64,000 nt of DNA. Source: Iphione sp. A-MEVVRFRX5. Taxonomy: Eukaryota. Below, in pieces: positions 33,271 through 47,500 of the stretch. Position numbers and translations under genes: made by a program. The notes below the pieces were generated by a model. That model was not told where the DNA came from, made no database searches, and saw nothing but the letters and a program-made list of their open reading frames with translations. Where the stretch lies: assembly GCA_976226885.1 (NCBI GenBank), contig OZ320314.1, forward strand, positions 95,046,001 to 95,110,000, given 5' to 3'. Position 1 is the first letter of the stretch; every line of letters starts with the position of its first letter.

Positions 33271-35219
33271 CAAGAGGAGATATAATTCTTTACTGGGTCG
33301 TGTTCTCAAAACCTGATGATCCATGACCTAAATTTTAGCGACTTTTATCTCAGTACTTCATTAAATGCCGATTTACGTCTTCAAGAGCCTGATTAAATAT
33401 GCATACGGTGTATATATAACATAACGTATGTACTCTAACATTCATTCATTATCTTTCAAATCACCAGTTTAGAGGTAACGACGGGCCTGGATTCTATTGG
33501 AGTATTATCATGTTTTCTTCGGTGTAAATATCGATTTTAGGATGACCACCTCGCACAATAAGAAATTGATACAAAGCTACCTAGAAGGATTTTTAGAGCT
33601 TTTCAGAGTTAAGTTTATGCCAGAGGTTAAGCCAGTTATCCAAATGTGTTCTGTACGGTCTCACCTAGCAACGTATACCTGCATATCCTCAAGGAAACGA
33701 GAGCCCTGATGTGTGGCTAATGATACTAAGAAAGGCGTACGCACGTTCGGTCTACGAAGCTATTTGAGAAGCTGGTCACGGATGTCCACTTGTCCTGGAA
33801 TGTCATTTGTCAGGCCCCTCTGGCTCTCTGTGCAGATTCCTTTGGGTGTTCATGCTTAGAGGTTAGTCCATGCTCTGAGTCCTGCCGTTTGGTGCGAATA
33901 CTTCTCAGTAAACCCGAACCTTTGTAGCACTTTATTTCGCGAATGTCAGGATGAATGACTGTGAAGATTGCTTGGCCCCAGTTGTGTGTCGAACATTTTG
34001 TCAGAAAGAATTATCACTCATCGTAAAATGTGGAACTGCACATATATCGACCAACGGGCACATTCCAAAACACGAGCTCCGTCGCTCTAGTTGTGCACTT
34101 AGATGACGAGCTCGCTTGCCTACACATGTATAAGCTAGAACCCCTCCAGGTATACCACAAAATCACCGATCTTAGAAATAACATGGAACAATTGCCCAGT
34201 CAGGAAAAAGAGGATTCTTATTTAAAACACGTCTAACACATTTGCAGGCTAACGACCATAGTTCGTGTTAATTATTTTCTACTCCGCACGCCACTGACCG
34301 GCATTCACTTGCCCTATACTGTTTAACAGAAAGACTCCAAATATGATGCCACTACCAACAAAGAACACAGGATTTGTGAAGCCTCCGGCAATGAGATATT
34401 GAATTGAAAAACGCCTATGTGCCGGAGAGTTGTGTCCCTGATCAGAAGTGAGGGCATAAGACAAAGGCATTGTCCTCCCCATTAGTCTTATTGACTGTTG
34501 CAAAGTCTGAAGGCATTGTTAGAGAGGTATAAATGAGTGGATTGTCTCCTATAAGGCCCATAATGTTGGAATAGCAAGCATTTATTTTAGTAGCAGGCTA
34601 GACACTGTAGCATAATGAGCGACGTGAACTTCACTGCGTGAAATTGTAATATATTTCCCTCATCTATCAATATATTACTGTTTTATTACTAATAACACGT
34701 CTGCACTATGGTGATCATATTTGTTTCCGAAGAGCCATCATTATAGAGAATAAAGTGACTGGAGCCTCAAATTATTACGTGACAGCAGTTTCTTACACCG
34801 TCTTAAAAACTCTTTAACATGCAGCATTGTGAGGAAAATTACATGATATATGTTTTAGGACGAAGCTGTTGGTAAGGAAGACGTTTCTTTCCCGAGGGTC
34901 TACCACTATGCACGCCATGAGGCAATTCACTTTAACATTACCTGGCAAACAGTTCAATTTCATACTTGCAAGCCTGGCATAAAGGATAACTTTCCCAGTG
35001 GTGGATCTCGAAATATTCTACTAATCCATTTAAGCTAAAACTTTTGTTTACTACGGCCTTGGTTCTATTAAAAACCTAGAAAAAGGCTAAAGGCTGTCTA
35101 AGCTGATTTTTAGTCACGTCCCCTGCGTCTTACAAATGTAATATTTATGCCTGTGTGCCCTGCAGATTGAATTTTATGGCGATGCCAAAATAGCAACCCT
35201 ATGAAATGTCATGTGGGGT

Positions 35220-35276
35220 GTTCAGGCCAAAAAAAATTAATCTCTTCTTCCTCTATGGTTTCTTTTTGGCCTGAAC
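35220..35276. repeat. Perfect 14-bp inverted repeat with 29-nt spacer (possible collapsed GGCC-terminal MITE)
   Basis: GTTCAGGCCAAAAA (35220-35233) and TTTTTGGCCTGAAC (35263-35276). Confidence 0.6.
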
Positions 35277-35518
35277 TCCGCGCCGTAGGCCCACTGCGGA
35301 TCAGCAAAGAACGTAACAATATATTGTTATGTGTGCCTTCATATGATATTGATGTGATTTGGCAAACAGATAGTTGAGAGCCGCTGTCTGAGGAATTCGA
35401 TACACATCGAGTCGGGAAAAAAGACCAGACATACGCAGTAAATTGTACAAACCTTTGTAATTAGTTGGTACCATTTGTTTAATGCTAATTAAGACTGTCT
35501 CCAAATGTTTGAAGATGA

Positions 35519-36180
35519 GGCCTAAACAAAAAGTATCTCTGTTTTCAGTAACCCGACCGACCTTATATTAGAGACTATTGTGATTTTTTATTTTTTCTTG
35601 TTTTAGGAATAACATTAGAATGAACAATGATAGAAACATGTTCTATACACCAACTTGTTCCTTAGGTTACTGGCTTTCATTTGGCATAAATTCTATTAAA
35701 TTATAGCCAGTATAAGTAACATTACTATACACATCTGATGCTTTCAGCATCTTTTTACATTGAAAAATAAGAAAAATAAACAAAATGTGACCTACTGACT
35801 GACCCTGTATTTTTTTTAGCTTGTTAAGGGAAGCACAGAACTTTTTTTGTGGAATGATGTGTGTTTTTATAGATGTTGACCTGATGATTTGTGACCAAGC
35901 CTGATGAAGCCAAATGCCTTGCTGTTTTCATAAAAGATGTAAAAAATATTTGTGCTTCAGGTAACATGGTGGAAAATGATAGGGGCGCTAGGTAGTTTTT
36001 CTTTATTTTTGTCTTTTTAATAAAAGTAGTATCATATGAAAGCCAATACCCTAAGGAAGAAATTGATGTATTTTATAAATTTCTATCATTCTTCAAAATA
36101 ATAAATTAAATCTTCAAATGCTGCAGCAATCAGGGTCGGTCAGGTTACTGGAAACACAGCACTTTTTTAGAAAATAGGGC
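35519..36180. mobile_element. MITE with about 35-45-bp imperfect TIRs (GGCC-type left end)
   Basis: Left GGCCTAAACAAAAAGTATCTCTGTTTTCAGTAACCCGACCGACC versus the reverse complement of right GGTCGGTCAGGTTACTGGAAACACAGCACTTTTTT. AT-rich non-coding interior; extreme right end eroded. Confidence 0.65.
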
Positions 36181-37554
36181 TAGGGCTTATTTCACCTGGC
36201 ACTATGTCACTTTAATGCTCGAACGTGGACGATGTAGGTTCTTCGGTTGAGTAACTCGTCAGTCTTAGCACAGAGGCCCGTACATATGTGCTCTAAGACT
36301 GCCATGTTACTGTTGACCCTGCGAAGCTCACTTTCCGGCGATTTGCTACGAACAGTCGCATTTTATCAGGGGAAGATGTATAAAGTCTTCAGGATGGAAA
36401 GTTGACCTTTATTGCTGTCTGTTTTATGTTCAGTGGCTCCTTCCCATCAGACTCCTTTTGCATTTTTTTTTAAAATTTACCATCGTCGTTCAGCTAGAGA
36501 AAAACGTCGTTCCAGCTGCTTATGGGCAGCCGGGATAAGGCCACATCCTCTGTCCGGATATCATCATTTCCAATGGGCGTATGCAAATACGCCGTATCGT
36601 GCACGATCAATGGGATGCTTTCCATAACACAATCTGCATGTAGATCACCTCGACATGGGATTGAAGGAAACTATTTGTATCTTTAGGATGGATGGGATGT
36701 TCCAGTATACATGTGTTCAGTTTGCATTCAAACGACAAAGGGTATATGAGAATATTGCGTTAACGAGGTTTTTGCATGTGCTTTTCTTTGGTGAATTTTT
36801 CCATGCTCTCGGGTTGTGTCCTCATCCTTCTGTTATCCTTTGATGCATTTGTTTGACTCCTACATCCATATGTTTGTAGTCCAGATTGTTTTTGTTCTTC
36901 TGCGTCCCAATGCTTGTGGCCTACATTTTTATGGGCTGCCATTTTCTTTTCCAGTATTTTCCTGATGGTCCGTATTCTCCTAGCACGAATGTTTGTCAAC
37001 TCCCATTTTTCTTAAAGGGTGTTTACGTTCCTAAAAAGCCTTTTCCAATTACACAAGATATTCTGTACAGCACTCATTACTCAGACTTTCTTCGAGGTGC
37101 ATTAAAAGTCCATTTGTCTTAACACAAGATGTTTCTACCCATTTAGAAGCAGGAACAACAATAAATATAGTTTTGAAGGTAAATGGAAACATATTCTCAT
37201 CATGCCAACATAAACCTACTTTAAGAAACAGTATTTACACGTACATGGGAAGCATCACTTTTTTTTCCGGTAGCTCGTCTTTTACTCCTTGCTCAGAGCG
37301 ATAATAGGAAGGTGTTGTCGCAAGAGACCCACGGGCAGGTAATCAGTGTTCTCGCTGTCAGAGGCCACGTCGGCCCGGTTGCCGGAGCAGCAGGAAGTCA
37401 CACACCATTCGAATCGAATCACAATGTATGGCCCAATACTATGCACTTTTCCTTCAACATCCATCATATCACTCTGACAACGGTAGTGGGTGGGTGACGA
37501 AACGCCGAACTTATCCATCACACACCATAGCAAACTTCTCCAGGTTGAGAGTGT

Positions 37555-37800
37555 TTCCGCTATCCCTTCCCCCTTCTCTCAATTCTTCTTTTCTCCGTTC
37601 TCCTGCTCCTGCTGCTATTTCTCTTCTTGTTATCCTCTTCTTTCATAACTTCCTACTGCCTCTCCTCCCAAACATTCTCTTCATCTTCGATATCCTCTTT
37701 CCCTTGTCTCTCTCTTCCTCTTGTTGCTACCATCGTCCTCGTCCCCATGATTAGCCTCTCTCCGTCTTTTCTAAATCCTCTTTCCTTTTGCTCCCCTTTA
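37555..37800. repeat. CT-rich low-complexity tract
   Basis: Strong pyrimidine bias; explains the spurious ORFs at 37428-37994. Confidence 0.75.
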
Positions 37801-38087
37801 TCCATGTTTCTTTTCCCCGCGGAGTCAGTTGTCCTGACATTGTCCATCTGCGACTCTTGATTCAACTCGGTACTTGTAGTTTTGGGCGGGTGGTGATTGA
37901 TCGGTTGGGCAAATTGGGAATTTACAGGGCAAAATCGGCCCACATTTTCAGTCAATAAACCTAGCAAACAAAAACACTTTACGAGAATTTTCATTAATAA
38001 AGCAAATACGAGTCAAGGGAGAACGAAAGAGCTGCGATTCCGATCGGCTAGGGCGGAGAAAGAAACAGAATAAATGGCGACAGGCGA

Positions 38088-38190
38088 TAAAGAGAGAGAG
38101 TGAGAGAGAGAGCGGAGAGAGTGAGAGAATAAGGTAGAGGAGAGAGAGAAAAAGGTTGAGGAGAGAGAGAGAGAAAAAGGTAGAGGACAG
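38088..38190. repeat. Degenerate (GA)n purine tract
   Basis: GAGAGAGAGTGAGAGAGAGAGCGGAGAGAG... Confidence 0.9.
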
Positions 38191-41100
38191 CGTACAAAGA
38201 AAATTGGTCGTGAAGTTCTCCCCATTAGAAATCGTTAGAAGACAGGCGGGCTGGCAAATCGTTGCTGAAGCGGCTGAAACTGGCGAAGCTCATTTGTAGG
38301 AGAACCTGTCACCGAGCACTTGGCCGCACCCAGGCCTAGTGCAGTCCACGTACCCGATCCCTGGGCCATTACTCCAACTACAGTTATCTCCTTGTGGAGA
38401 CTCGACAGTCAAAGCCACTTGGCCTGGCTGACCCCACACCCCTCTTCCACTTGTCGGTCAGACGTGTACAACTCATCGTAACAACTGAGCTCGCCTTTTT
38501 ATTAGCTGGGCATTAAATCTCCACTACTGAGGGTTACATCAAGCCAGGGGACTTTTCACATAATATACCGTGTGGCTTTCTATAGATTACTGGCTACGGT
38601 AATTAGCTCTTGATGCTCGCTCTATATAATAGTGCCTTTCCGATGCTGATTGGTCGCGATAGCCCATGATGAGCAGTTACAGACCTTTGCAATCATTGCG
38701 TTAGGGAAATGTTCCATGTGAACAACATCGGGCATTTACAGTTATCCATCAATGTGCAGATATGCTCCATATTTATATGCATAAAGGTCATACATCTAAA
38801 CGTTTGAGGCCATTAATGCAAAGGACTGGGTACACAAATCATGAAAAGTCAAAGAATGATTGAGATATACTTCGGTATTTCACTTAACGGTTAAGCTTGA
38901 TGCTGACAATGGGATTGTTTTCAGAATCATTATTTTGAAGGTAACTTGAATTATCAAAATATGCTCTTTGATCCACATGTGTAGCTAATATATAAGACAT
39001 ACAGATATTAGAAATATACTAGTTACTACTATCTAACATTTGGAAATAGGATAAGTCTTGCTCGTTCAGCAGTCTAGAATGTGCGGACTAAAATCTTATA
39101 GCATATTAATTAGATTGTATATTTTTACTACAATGAGTTAAATCGATTTGATTTTTAAAAATGTACTTTAGGAGCCGATCTTAATTAAAGGTGTTCGCCA
39201 TAGTTTGTTATAGGATTAAAAAGAAGCTGTTGTTATTAGTGCTTATAGAAACTAACAATCAATAAGAGCCCATTTGTTGGGAAAACATCCCTGCGACGGA
39301 TGAATAATCGTCTCGATTTCGGAATACCATTTATCACTCGTTTTATTAATGCTAAAATTAACATCCATCACTGGTTTAAAAAATGATTTATCCTTTCGTG
39401 AAATGACCACCCCTGCGTCGAACCGCCCGAGCGTCCAGGTTTTTCTGATCGTTGCTATAGGCGCCGGCCGCCGTTCGTCGCTCAATCCGTAGCAACGGCT
39501 AGTCACATTGATTTGATTATTTTGCTCCTCTTTTGAGCCACGCTATAAACTTGCTGAGTCTGCCAGACATGTGAGGCACGCTTGCGCCAAGGGTACGGGT
39601 ACCCGGAGGCCACGAGACAAGGCCGACTTAATGGTCAAGGCCGTTTGGGAAGAGGCTACGCCTTCTGATACAGTCAGGCTTGGGTTTCACCAACTAAGGG
39701 TGCACAGGTGGGCAGGCCATTTGTCATGACCGAATGCCTGGAGAACGCCCTTGTTCCATAAACACATTTACTTCCATCTACACACAGGGTAGTTGACATT
39801 CCAACGGTCGCTTTTTCATCTGAAGATGTTGGAAACATGGCGTGATGAGGCCGCTGAAACACAATGCGACAGTTGAGCTTTTCAAAGGCGCTTGAAATGA
39901 AAGGTATTTCCAGACTCCACCGTCCGGCTCGCAGGCATGAACGATCGTACACTTTCTCGTAACATTAATGTTGTCTCATAAGATGGTTAATACCACAAAC
40001 GTCCAATCAGAGCCGGACGGTGTCTGCAGGGCGTGAGGGGGGGGTCAAAAGTGCAGGGCAAAAGGTCATCTCAAAATTAAGGAGATAAAGTTGAATTGTA
40101 GGTCAACAACATTTGTAACCATAAGGAAGTGACCTACCCGTACTCACTTTATGTAAACTTACGTGAAAGCACTGTGTGATTCCACGTTAAATCACTCCTG
40201 TGTTGAATTTGATGAGAAATGACCGAACATGTCAATCTGCATTTAGGATAGAAGCTTGAACAGGTGGTGCTCCTCATCGAGTATACCGTTCTAGCCTCTT
40301 TGATGATATATATCATTTAATTAGTTTAATCTAATTTCTGATTCGTTATAGACAGTAACACATGTTCAACTTTAATGACCGTTGCTCTCGTTACGTATGC
40401 CACCCAACCACCTAACATCCATGCCCGCCTTTTAAATGTCAACTGTCCGGAATGCCGGTTAATTCGTATCGTGATTAATATTGTCCCAAGCGAGTGTGAG
40501 TGTCCTGCCCAAACCTCATATTACAAACATCACTGCATCCAGTGGTGAGAGTAACGCTTCGTCGAGTGAGCAGCGGTGTAATATAAATGTTAGTGCAACA
40601 GGAGAGGTATTAAACAAATACAGCCAACATGTATTCTGTTCCTCCCTATTTTTTAAAATTAGAGAACATAGATGAAGCTGATCTAATTCTTACGTGTAAA
40701 TAGATATTTAATGTGCGTTTACATGAAAAGAGATGCACACCTAGTGCTACAGTTGTATGATAAGAGAATCAGTATTTTGTGTATACTTTTTCCGTGGTTT
40801 TAACTCTCTATCCCTGCATGTATTTATACTTTTATTGACCTTGAAGAATATGCGATGCTGTAATAACAAATACAACCAAAAGAAGCGAGTCTCTGAGGGG
40901 AGAGACTTAAGGTCGCGGTAGTGTTTGAGCAGCTCAAGCGAACACATGGTGAGCAGTTGATTTGCCCGCGCTGGCTAAAACAGGCCACCAAGGGCCCGCA
41001 CTCGCCGACCCATAGAGTGGCCGGGCTTCCTCAATCGGCGGCTCCTCTTCTCCTCTTGCCCTTACCTCCTCACAGCCAGCCCGCCAGCTATCCTTCAGGC

Positions 41101-43525
41101 CACCGCCCACCTGAACCTGAAGCGAGAACCAGAGAGGCCTCCGCAGCGGGTACACGGCCCATGTGTATGTGTAGTCGTATATCACAGACGCGTGTTGGTT
41201 TGTTTATCTGTTTGGACGGTCGTTATAGTCCATGTGGACGTCGCCTTTGAGCGGTGAAAAACAATGCATTTAGTGCGACCGGGTCTCCTAAACCACAAGA
41301 AGAAAATATCTTTTTCTTAGACTATTTTACATTCCACACATTTTAGGCAGTTGTTGACCTTACACTAAGACAATGGAGGAATAAAGAAATACTAACAGTT
41401 TGCCTTCTCTGTGAGATTGGTTCACCACTGGATTCACAGGCTTCTTGTGAGTCCTTTTTTATCAATTCTCTAGAGAAGGACCAAAAATCCAAATAGCACT
41501 TCCACCTACTGTTACCAGTCATTATAATCACACGTGGGTGGATCTACACCTGTGATGCCCTCTCTTATCACTGCTCAGAGCCACAGCTGAGTTCTGTGTC
41601 TTGGTGATGGTTGAAAGTTCACCAACTCAGGGCATGCATCAATCTAATGAAGCAATAACTCACCGGGAGGCTCATGCTACGCTCTACTCACTGCTCCTTA
41701 CAGCTCCCTCCTGCTCGCATCTCTCGACACCAGCTACTCGGAATAAAACGTCGAGTTATGGATATCTTCAAACTTGTTGAACTAGGGCTAATGATGTCTG
41801 GAGACGCCATGCGGAAACTGTATGAGGAATATTTTTCACGTGCCACCTGTGGCGAATTGCCTGTAGTTACCTAACTTCCAAAAACCCCTCAGATCCAATG
41901 GTGCGGAATTTTTTCAAGAACAGTGCATAGTTTGAAACTAGAAAATTGGCTCAAATATGGAGTAATTCGCAACTATAATGCAAGATCACAAGGTGTCGCG
42001 ATAGCGAGCGCTACTGGCAGAAGGCCGCGAGGAGAGGGGGTTCCTGAAAAGCTTTGGTGTCCTGTAAATGCTTCCAGTGTGGCTCCGATGACGGGGATCA
42101 CTTCCTGTGGGCCTATAAATGGAGGATGATTTGACTCGCTTCTGATTCCGTTGCTACGAACATCTGAGCAATAACCTATTTACTTGCCCTTCAAATTGTT
42201 CCACGACGTGGCGGTTACTTTGAAACTCCGCGTTCCATCAGACAACAAGCAGTGGATGTGGACTTTCCCCCCCGGGGGGGAGGGGGAATTCAGCTTTTAA
42301 TAGTGGAAAATTGCTCCTATGGCTTGTCGACCCTCTCTTAAACATGCACATATCCGCTAAAAGAGACTATTTGAGTTCCACCATCATGGCAATCCTGGCT
42401 TTTTGTAGGACATTATATCTTTTGACAATAAAATATAAAAATCATATACATTTAAATCAAAGTTTAATGAATTAAAACATGTTGTTAGTAATCAATTAAT
42501 GTCAAACCACAGAACAGTCAGACATTTCCTCACACAAGGTTTCTATTTCTCCCCCTTCAAATTTCACTTATCGCCACTTACATGAACAATCTCAGAATTT
42601 GGTCTATGCTCCAAGCTATAATGAGGGAAGTTATGCAATTCACACTGGGTGGCGATGTCTTCCTTAGACGACTAAGGTACAAGCGTCTGCTGGGCTTATT
42701 TTATGCAGATAAAATAACCTCCCTCTATCTCCTACAGGGAGTTGTTGTGAAATAACTGGTGTCCAGTTATCTTAGAAACACAAGCAGTGTTGTCTCCAAG
42801 TGGTAAATGCTGATCCCCAAAACTCATGGGGGAATCTGTTTCCTCTTGCGCCGAGGGATCTGTAAATTTGCATGTATGGATGACCAGGACTGAAAGGGGG
42901 GATTCGTTCTGCAATCAAAGTTATTTTGTTTTCTAGAGTATTTTCTATTTTTCAAAGTAGAGTAAATCTTATAGGTCAATAAAAACATCGGTTGCTGTTT
43001 ATTTTAATATGGGACAAGAGGAAGAGACATATGCAGCAAAATGGCATGTAAGATAATGAATTATGGTTACGAATTTGATAGAAGATAGAAAACAGCAGAT
43101 TAATTCATTCACTTCACTAGAGATCAATTAAAGATGATGCATATATGAATGGTTAAAACTTGAATATCCTAAGAAATATTCTAATGGCATGTAAGACATA
43201 TACAGTGGAGTCTCTATTTCCGACCTCTGTTATTTCCGACCAAACGGCCCATTCCGACCATTTGAGCTTGGAAACAAAATTTTGTTGGTACAATACCAAT
43301 ATGTTAAATCATCGATTTCTGATTGAATTGATTTGCAACTGTTTTTATCCTACGACCAATAAATTTAGGTTATTTTACTATCAATTTCTGACCTCTCCTG
43401 ACCTCTCTGATGTACCTCACACCTGGGACAAGGGTTGAAACCGTGGGCGAGAGTGACCGCGGTATCAAAGGCAGCCTTTATGACGTACCTGAAAGTTGGG
43501 ATAGTGGTTGAAATAGTGGCCGACG

Positions 43526-43755
43526 GAGACTGAGGGCATCAATAGCTACCTCTTTGATGTTGCTCACACCCTGGAAGGGCTGGTCGGGAGAGACTGGAGG
43601 CATCAATGGCGACTTCTCTGATGTCTTTCACACCCTGGAGGAGATGGTCATTGGAGACCGGAGGCATCAATGGCACCCTCTCTGATGTCTCTCACACCCA
43701 GGGTAACAGGTAAAAGAGAGACCAGTGGCATTGACAGTGACCTTTCTGATGTCTT
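43526..43755. repeat. 64-bp-period minisatellite, about 4 diverged copies
   Basis: GAGAC..GGCATCAAT...CTGATGTC..TCACACCC units start at 43526, 43590, 43654 and 43718. Confidence 0.9.
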
Positions 43756-43770
43756 TTGGACTTTTACTCA

Positions 43771-43885
43771 TCAAATTCAACACTTTTTGGAGTTTTACCC
43801 TTCAAATTTAGCACTTTTGACTTTTATGCTTCAAATTCACTACTTTTTGGACTCTTACTCATCAAATTCAGCACTTTTTTGGACC
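43771..43885. repeat. About 30-bp-period minisatellite, 4 copies
   Basis: TCAAATT...CACTTTTTGGA units start at 43771, 43802, 43831 and 43862. Confidence 0.9.
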
Positions 43886-44114
43886 AGACCCTTTACAAAA
43901 TTAGTTTTCCAACCAAAAGTTTTATTCCGACCATTTGAGCTCAGACCAGACCACTGGTCGGAAATAAAGATTCAACTGTAACCAAAGACTTTTTTGTTCT
44001 AATTTTGTTCTGTTATTATTCTTACAGAGAGAAAAATAATATATTTATATGGTAATGCTGCAACGATAGAGTATTCATACCCTTTAAAATAAATGTGACC
44101 CCAAAAACATATGG

Positions 44115-45414
44115 GCATTACAAAGCAATGTTCGAGTTACACCTGTCTTCGAGAAAGGGGATGCCAGTAACCTTGATCAGTACCGACCTGTATCAATTAT
44201 ACCACTACCCAGCAAACTATGTGAATGTCGGTTCATGAATGTGATGGTTCTCCAGTTTGAGAAAAGGAAGACATTCACAGATGTACAACACCGTTTCCGT
44301 GCCAGGCGTGGGACAGAAACGGCAATTGTAAAATTTGTCAATGACACCACTGAGATCACGAATCAGGGAGCTTACTTGTGTCTCCTGACTTTTGATCTCA
44401 AAAAAGCATTTGACTTGGTGCCGCATGTCACAGTAGTCATACGTCTTGCTGACATGGGAATTATGCCAAAGTTTAGAACCCTGGTAGCCTACTATTTGAC
44501 AGGCCACAAACAGTTCATTCGTTGCTGGGGCACTGATTCTAGCACCCTAGCCCTGAGGCAGGGTGTGCCTCAGCAATCAATATTTGGACCCGTGGCATTT
44601 AACTTGGCAGTAAGCACTGTGGTTGACACACTTCCACCAGGATGTAAAGCTGTGCTATATGCAGATGATTTGTCTGTGTTAGCATATGCAAAGGATCTGC
44701 TTAGGCTGACGGGTGTTGTCACTGAAGCCTTAAATGCAGTATCGTCCTGCAAACAAGTGCACACATTGTCCTTTAGGGAAGGTTGCCAGTATTCTGTTAG
44801 ATGTCTACTTGAACAGCACTAGGCTGGCAATGGAGCTGACTGTAACCCTACTGAGACACAAGGTGGATTGATGTCTAAACATTAAAGACTTGTGTAGACA
44901 TGCAAAAGCAAAAGCCTGGAGCAGTATGCTGCAAATTGGCAGGGCAAAGAGTTTCTTGCCATTCAGGGCGCGACTCCATCTCTTCAAGGCACTAGTGCTT
45001 GTCCACTTCCACTATAGCGCAGCAACTTGGTTTTCACTGTCAACCACTGACCTCATAAGTCTCCAGGTGCACCTGAATGGGTGCGCTAGAATCTCCCTCC
45101 AAGAAAGGGATTTTCCCTCAGTAGCAGCCCTGAAGAGCAGGTTTGGAATCCCTCATGTCCGTGATCTTGTCCAACTGTATGGAATCAATGCCATCCATAA
45201 TCAGATTCACTTAAGACTGATTAAGGCTGACCAGAGAAGTAGGACTAGGAATGGTGGACAATAGAAAGGCCAAACAGGCCACCCAAAGAGCACAAGGGAT
45301 GCAAAGTCACTTTGTTACCTTGGCGTCCGGAGGTGGAATGATCTCCCAATGGCTCTAAAGGGAGTCAGAAGGTTGCCCAAGAGAGTCCTGTCGAGACTAT
45401 TGCCCATCGACTAG
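44115..45414 (+). mobile_element. 5'-truncated degenerate CR1/L2-group LINE (RT and C-terminus)
   Basis: VTPVFEKGDASNLDQYRPVSII, then after a frameshift DLKKAFD, QGVPQQSIFGP, LYADDL (ORF 44235-44822). Further fragments LFKALVLVHFHYSAATW and LCYLGVRRWNDLP. Confidence 0.88.
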
Positions 45415-45599
45415 CTTGGCTATGCCTTGGCTCATGTTACGTCACAGTGGTAAACCCTTAGGCCTCTACACTCTGACTGGTTTCATTCTATCTGAACTAC
45501 CTTGAGAAAGTAAAATGACTTAGTAAGTCTTCTCTTAACTAACCAGCGTGGACTCACGAAGAAAATAGTTATGAGAAGTTTTTCTTTTTTGAGAGTGTT

Positions 45600-47500
45600 G
45601 ATGTATGACTGTGCCTCAATTGTGTTCCTGGTGCAACACTAGTATCGTGAGGAAGTTGTAGGATATGATACTGTTTGTGAACTTCATGCTTGTCATGCAA
45701 GCTACAATCTATTTAGCAACATATTTATGTAATGAAAGTGTGCAGTGACTGACTAGTATGTGAACCTTCTTTCTGCAGTCACACTACTCCTTTCTGTCAT
45801 ACTGAACTATGTGTTACTACACTCAGATGATGGTGCCTTACACTCGATGTGGTGCTAAAGCTAAGTAAGACTGTATTATTAAGATGTACTGATACTGAGT
45901 CATGCTGAAGTATGCTGAGTTTATTATACAGAGATAAAACAATTGTGGATTTCAGTAAGGAGGATGTCCGGTCCTCCATCTCAGATCCTACCTGTAAGTG
46001 AATTGTAGTCAAAAGTTGTTCGTCATCTAATGCTTACCCGACACCTGTGTTCTATGTCTTCTTACTTCTGTGCACCTGTATTATTTTGTTGCACTCCATT
46101 CATGAGAAGCTCTGATGTAATTTCGGAGATGTTTTGGAACCAAATCAAACCAACATTTACAGATATAAATCCCCAATTCATGTACTGGTTCAAATGTAAA
46201 GCTACCTACGATACATATCAATAAAATCTCGTTTTTGACACATTTAAACTGACTCGACATTTTCAATACATATTCCTGACTGCCGCTATCTTGCCGTCCA
46301 TGCATTATGGTGAAAATTTCAAAAACATCTTCAATCATATGTTACAAGACTACACTCGTAGAAGTTTCATACATAACACGTGATTAACTGAACTGTTTGT
46401 GAATGACTAACAGTGATGGCCATCATTCAGCTGTAACACAGATCAATACATGTATAATGAATCGAAGTAGAGGTAATACATCATGTGGACATATCAGATT
46501 TATGCTGCCCTTTTCTACTCTGACAGAGTTTTGAAATGACAGGTCCTAGCAGTCATACCCTCCCTGGCGTTCGGCTGTGGGCAAACAATGATAATACTGT
46601 ATGGGTCCGTGTATAGTTTTAATAAGTGAATCTCTTCACATTTGTAACATTTTACCGGTTCTATCTTTTACCAGTCTTGCTAGCAGGGCATCACATAGTG
46701 CAAAAACCACTTCATCAAAACCTGTGAGACTGAGAATGGGGTTTTGCACCATATCGTTTGAAATAGGACAGGTATTGATGGAGGCATTAAGCTCATGTCA
46801 CGCCTAGACCTAGGCACCCTATTGATGTCGTAATGCCTCTGGAAATAATTTACAAAGTCAGTTTTTTTGTCAGTTCACATTATCCCATCGACTTCACATG
46901 TTTAGTTTCGAGAAGAATGGCGGGCATGTATCTATGAAGCAAGGTCATAGCATTAGTATAAAGCTAAGGGTTCTGGCTTATTTTTGTTTACATTCTCCAA
47001 TGCTATTTTAATGGAAAAAAGTTACCCACCTTGGTTACCCACCTTGACTGAGGTGGCTAACCATATCTCTTCTCAGTAGTACACTTGATTTTGATACAAA
47101 GAAAGCTGTATAATCTTGAACTATAAATGAAACAAATTGAATATTAATTACAGTAGAATCTCTATTTACGACCAGCAGTCTGGACCAAGCTAAAATGGTT
47201 GTATTGGCAGATTTGGTCACAAATTAGGTATAGTTATTATAAGGATTCAGGACTTTTGATCCTGGCTGAAGTGGTCGTAATAGCAACAATGGTTGGAAAT
47301 TGCAATGGTCGCAAATAGTGATTCCACTGTACCTTCACATGACCGTTGACCATAGACAGAGCAGAATGAGATGAGATGGACAATTGCACTATATGTAGAA
47401 ACACATGTGATGTAATATCAAATATATGAGTCCATGTATATAGATCTGTTACATTTAACTGATTATCAAAGATGACATGTCTGAACATGTTTCTGACTAC
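45600..47500 (-). mobile_element. Possible very old LINE APE/RT-linker remnant
   Basis: Scattered peptides VQDY..LLRRD...QGG (APE-like) and GGPDILL..IHNC (pre-RT 'GPD' motif) amid many stops; weak. Confidence 0.3.

Larger units (their letters stand above)
43203..43978. mobile_element. Non-autonomous Tc1/mariner (pogo/Tigger-type) MITE carrying two minisatellite arrays
   Basis: TA|CAGTGGAGTCTCTATTTCCGACC ... GGTCGGAAATAAAGATTCAACTG|TA (23-bp TIR, 3 mismatches, TA TSD). Subterminal TTCCGACC repeats; ATTCCGACCATTTGAGCT occurs at both 43251 and 43924. Confidence 0.85.

Noticed and set aside
33480-34140. ORF1 remnant of the second LINE (ELVFWNVP resembles an RRM start)
   Set aside because: Single short motif among multiple stops; insufficient.
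36780-37020. Possible RTE-like C-terminal remnant on the minus strand (GRRRTKTIW...KDNRRMR)
   Set aside because: Motif similarity too weak and no RT core adjacent.
42066-42113. KCFQCGSDDGDHFLW, resembling an LTR-gag zinc knuckle
   Set aside because: Last Cys is missing, surrounding frames are full of stops, and no LTR, PBS or pol was found.
43526-43885. CRISPR-like regular repeats
   Set aside because: Whole units are repeated with no unique spacers, they lie inside a TA-flanked MITE, there are no cas genes, and the context is eukaryotic.
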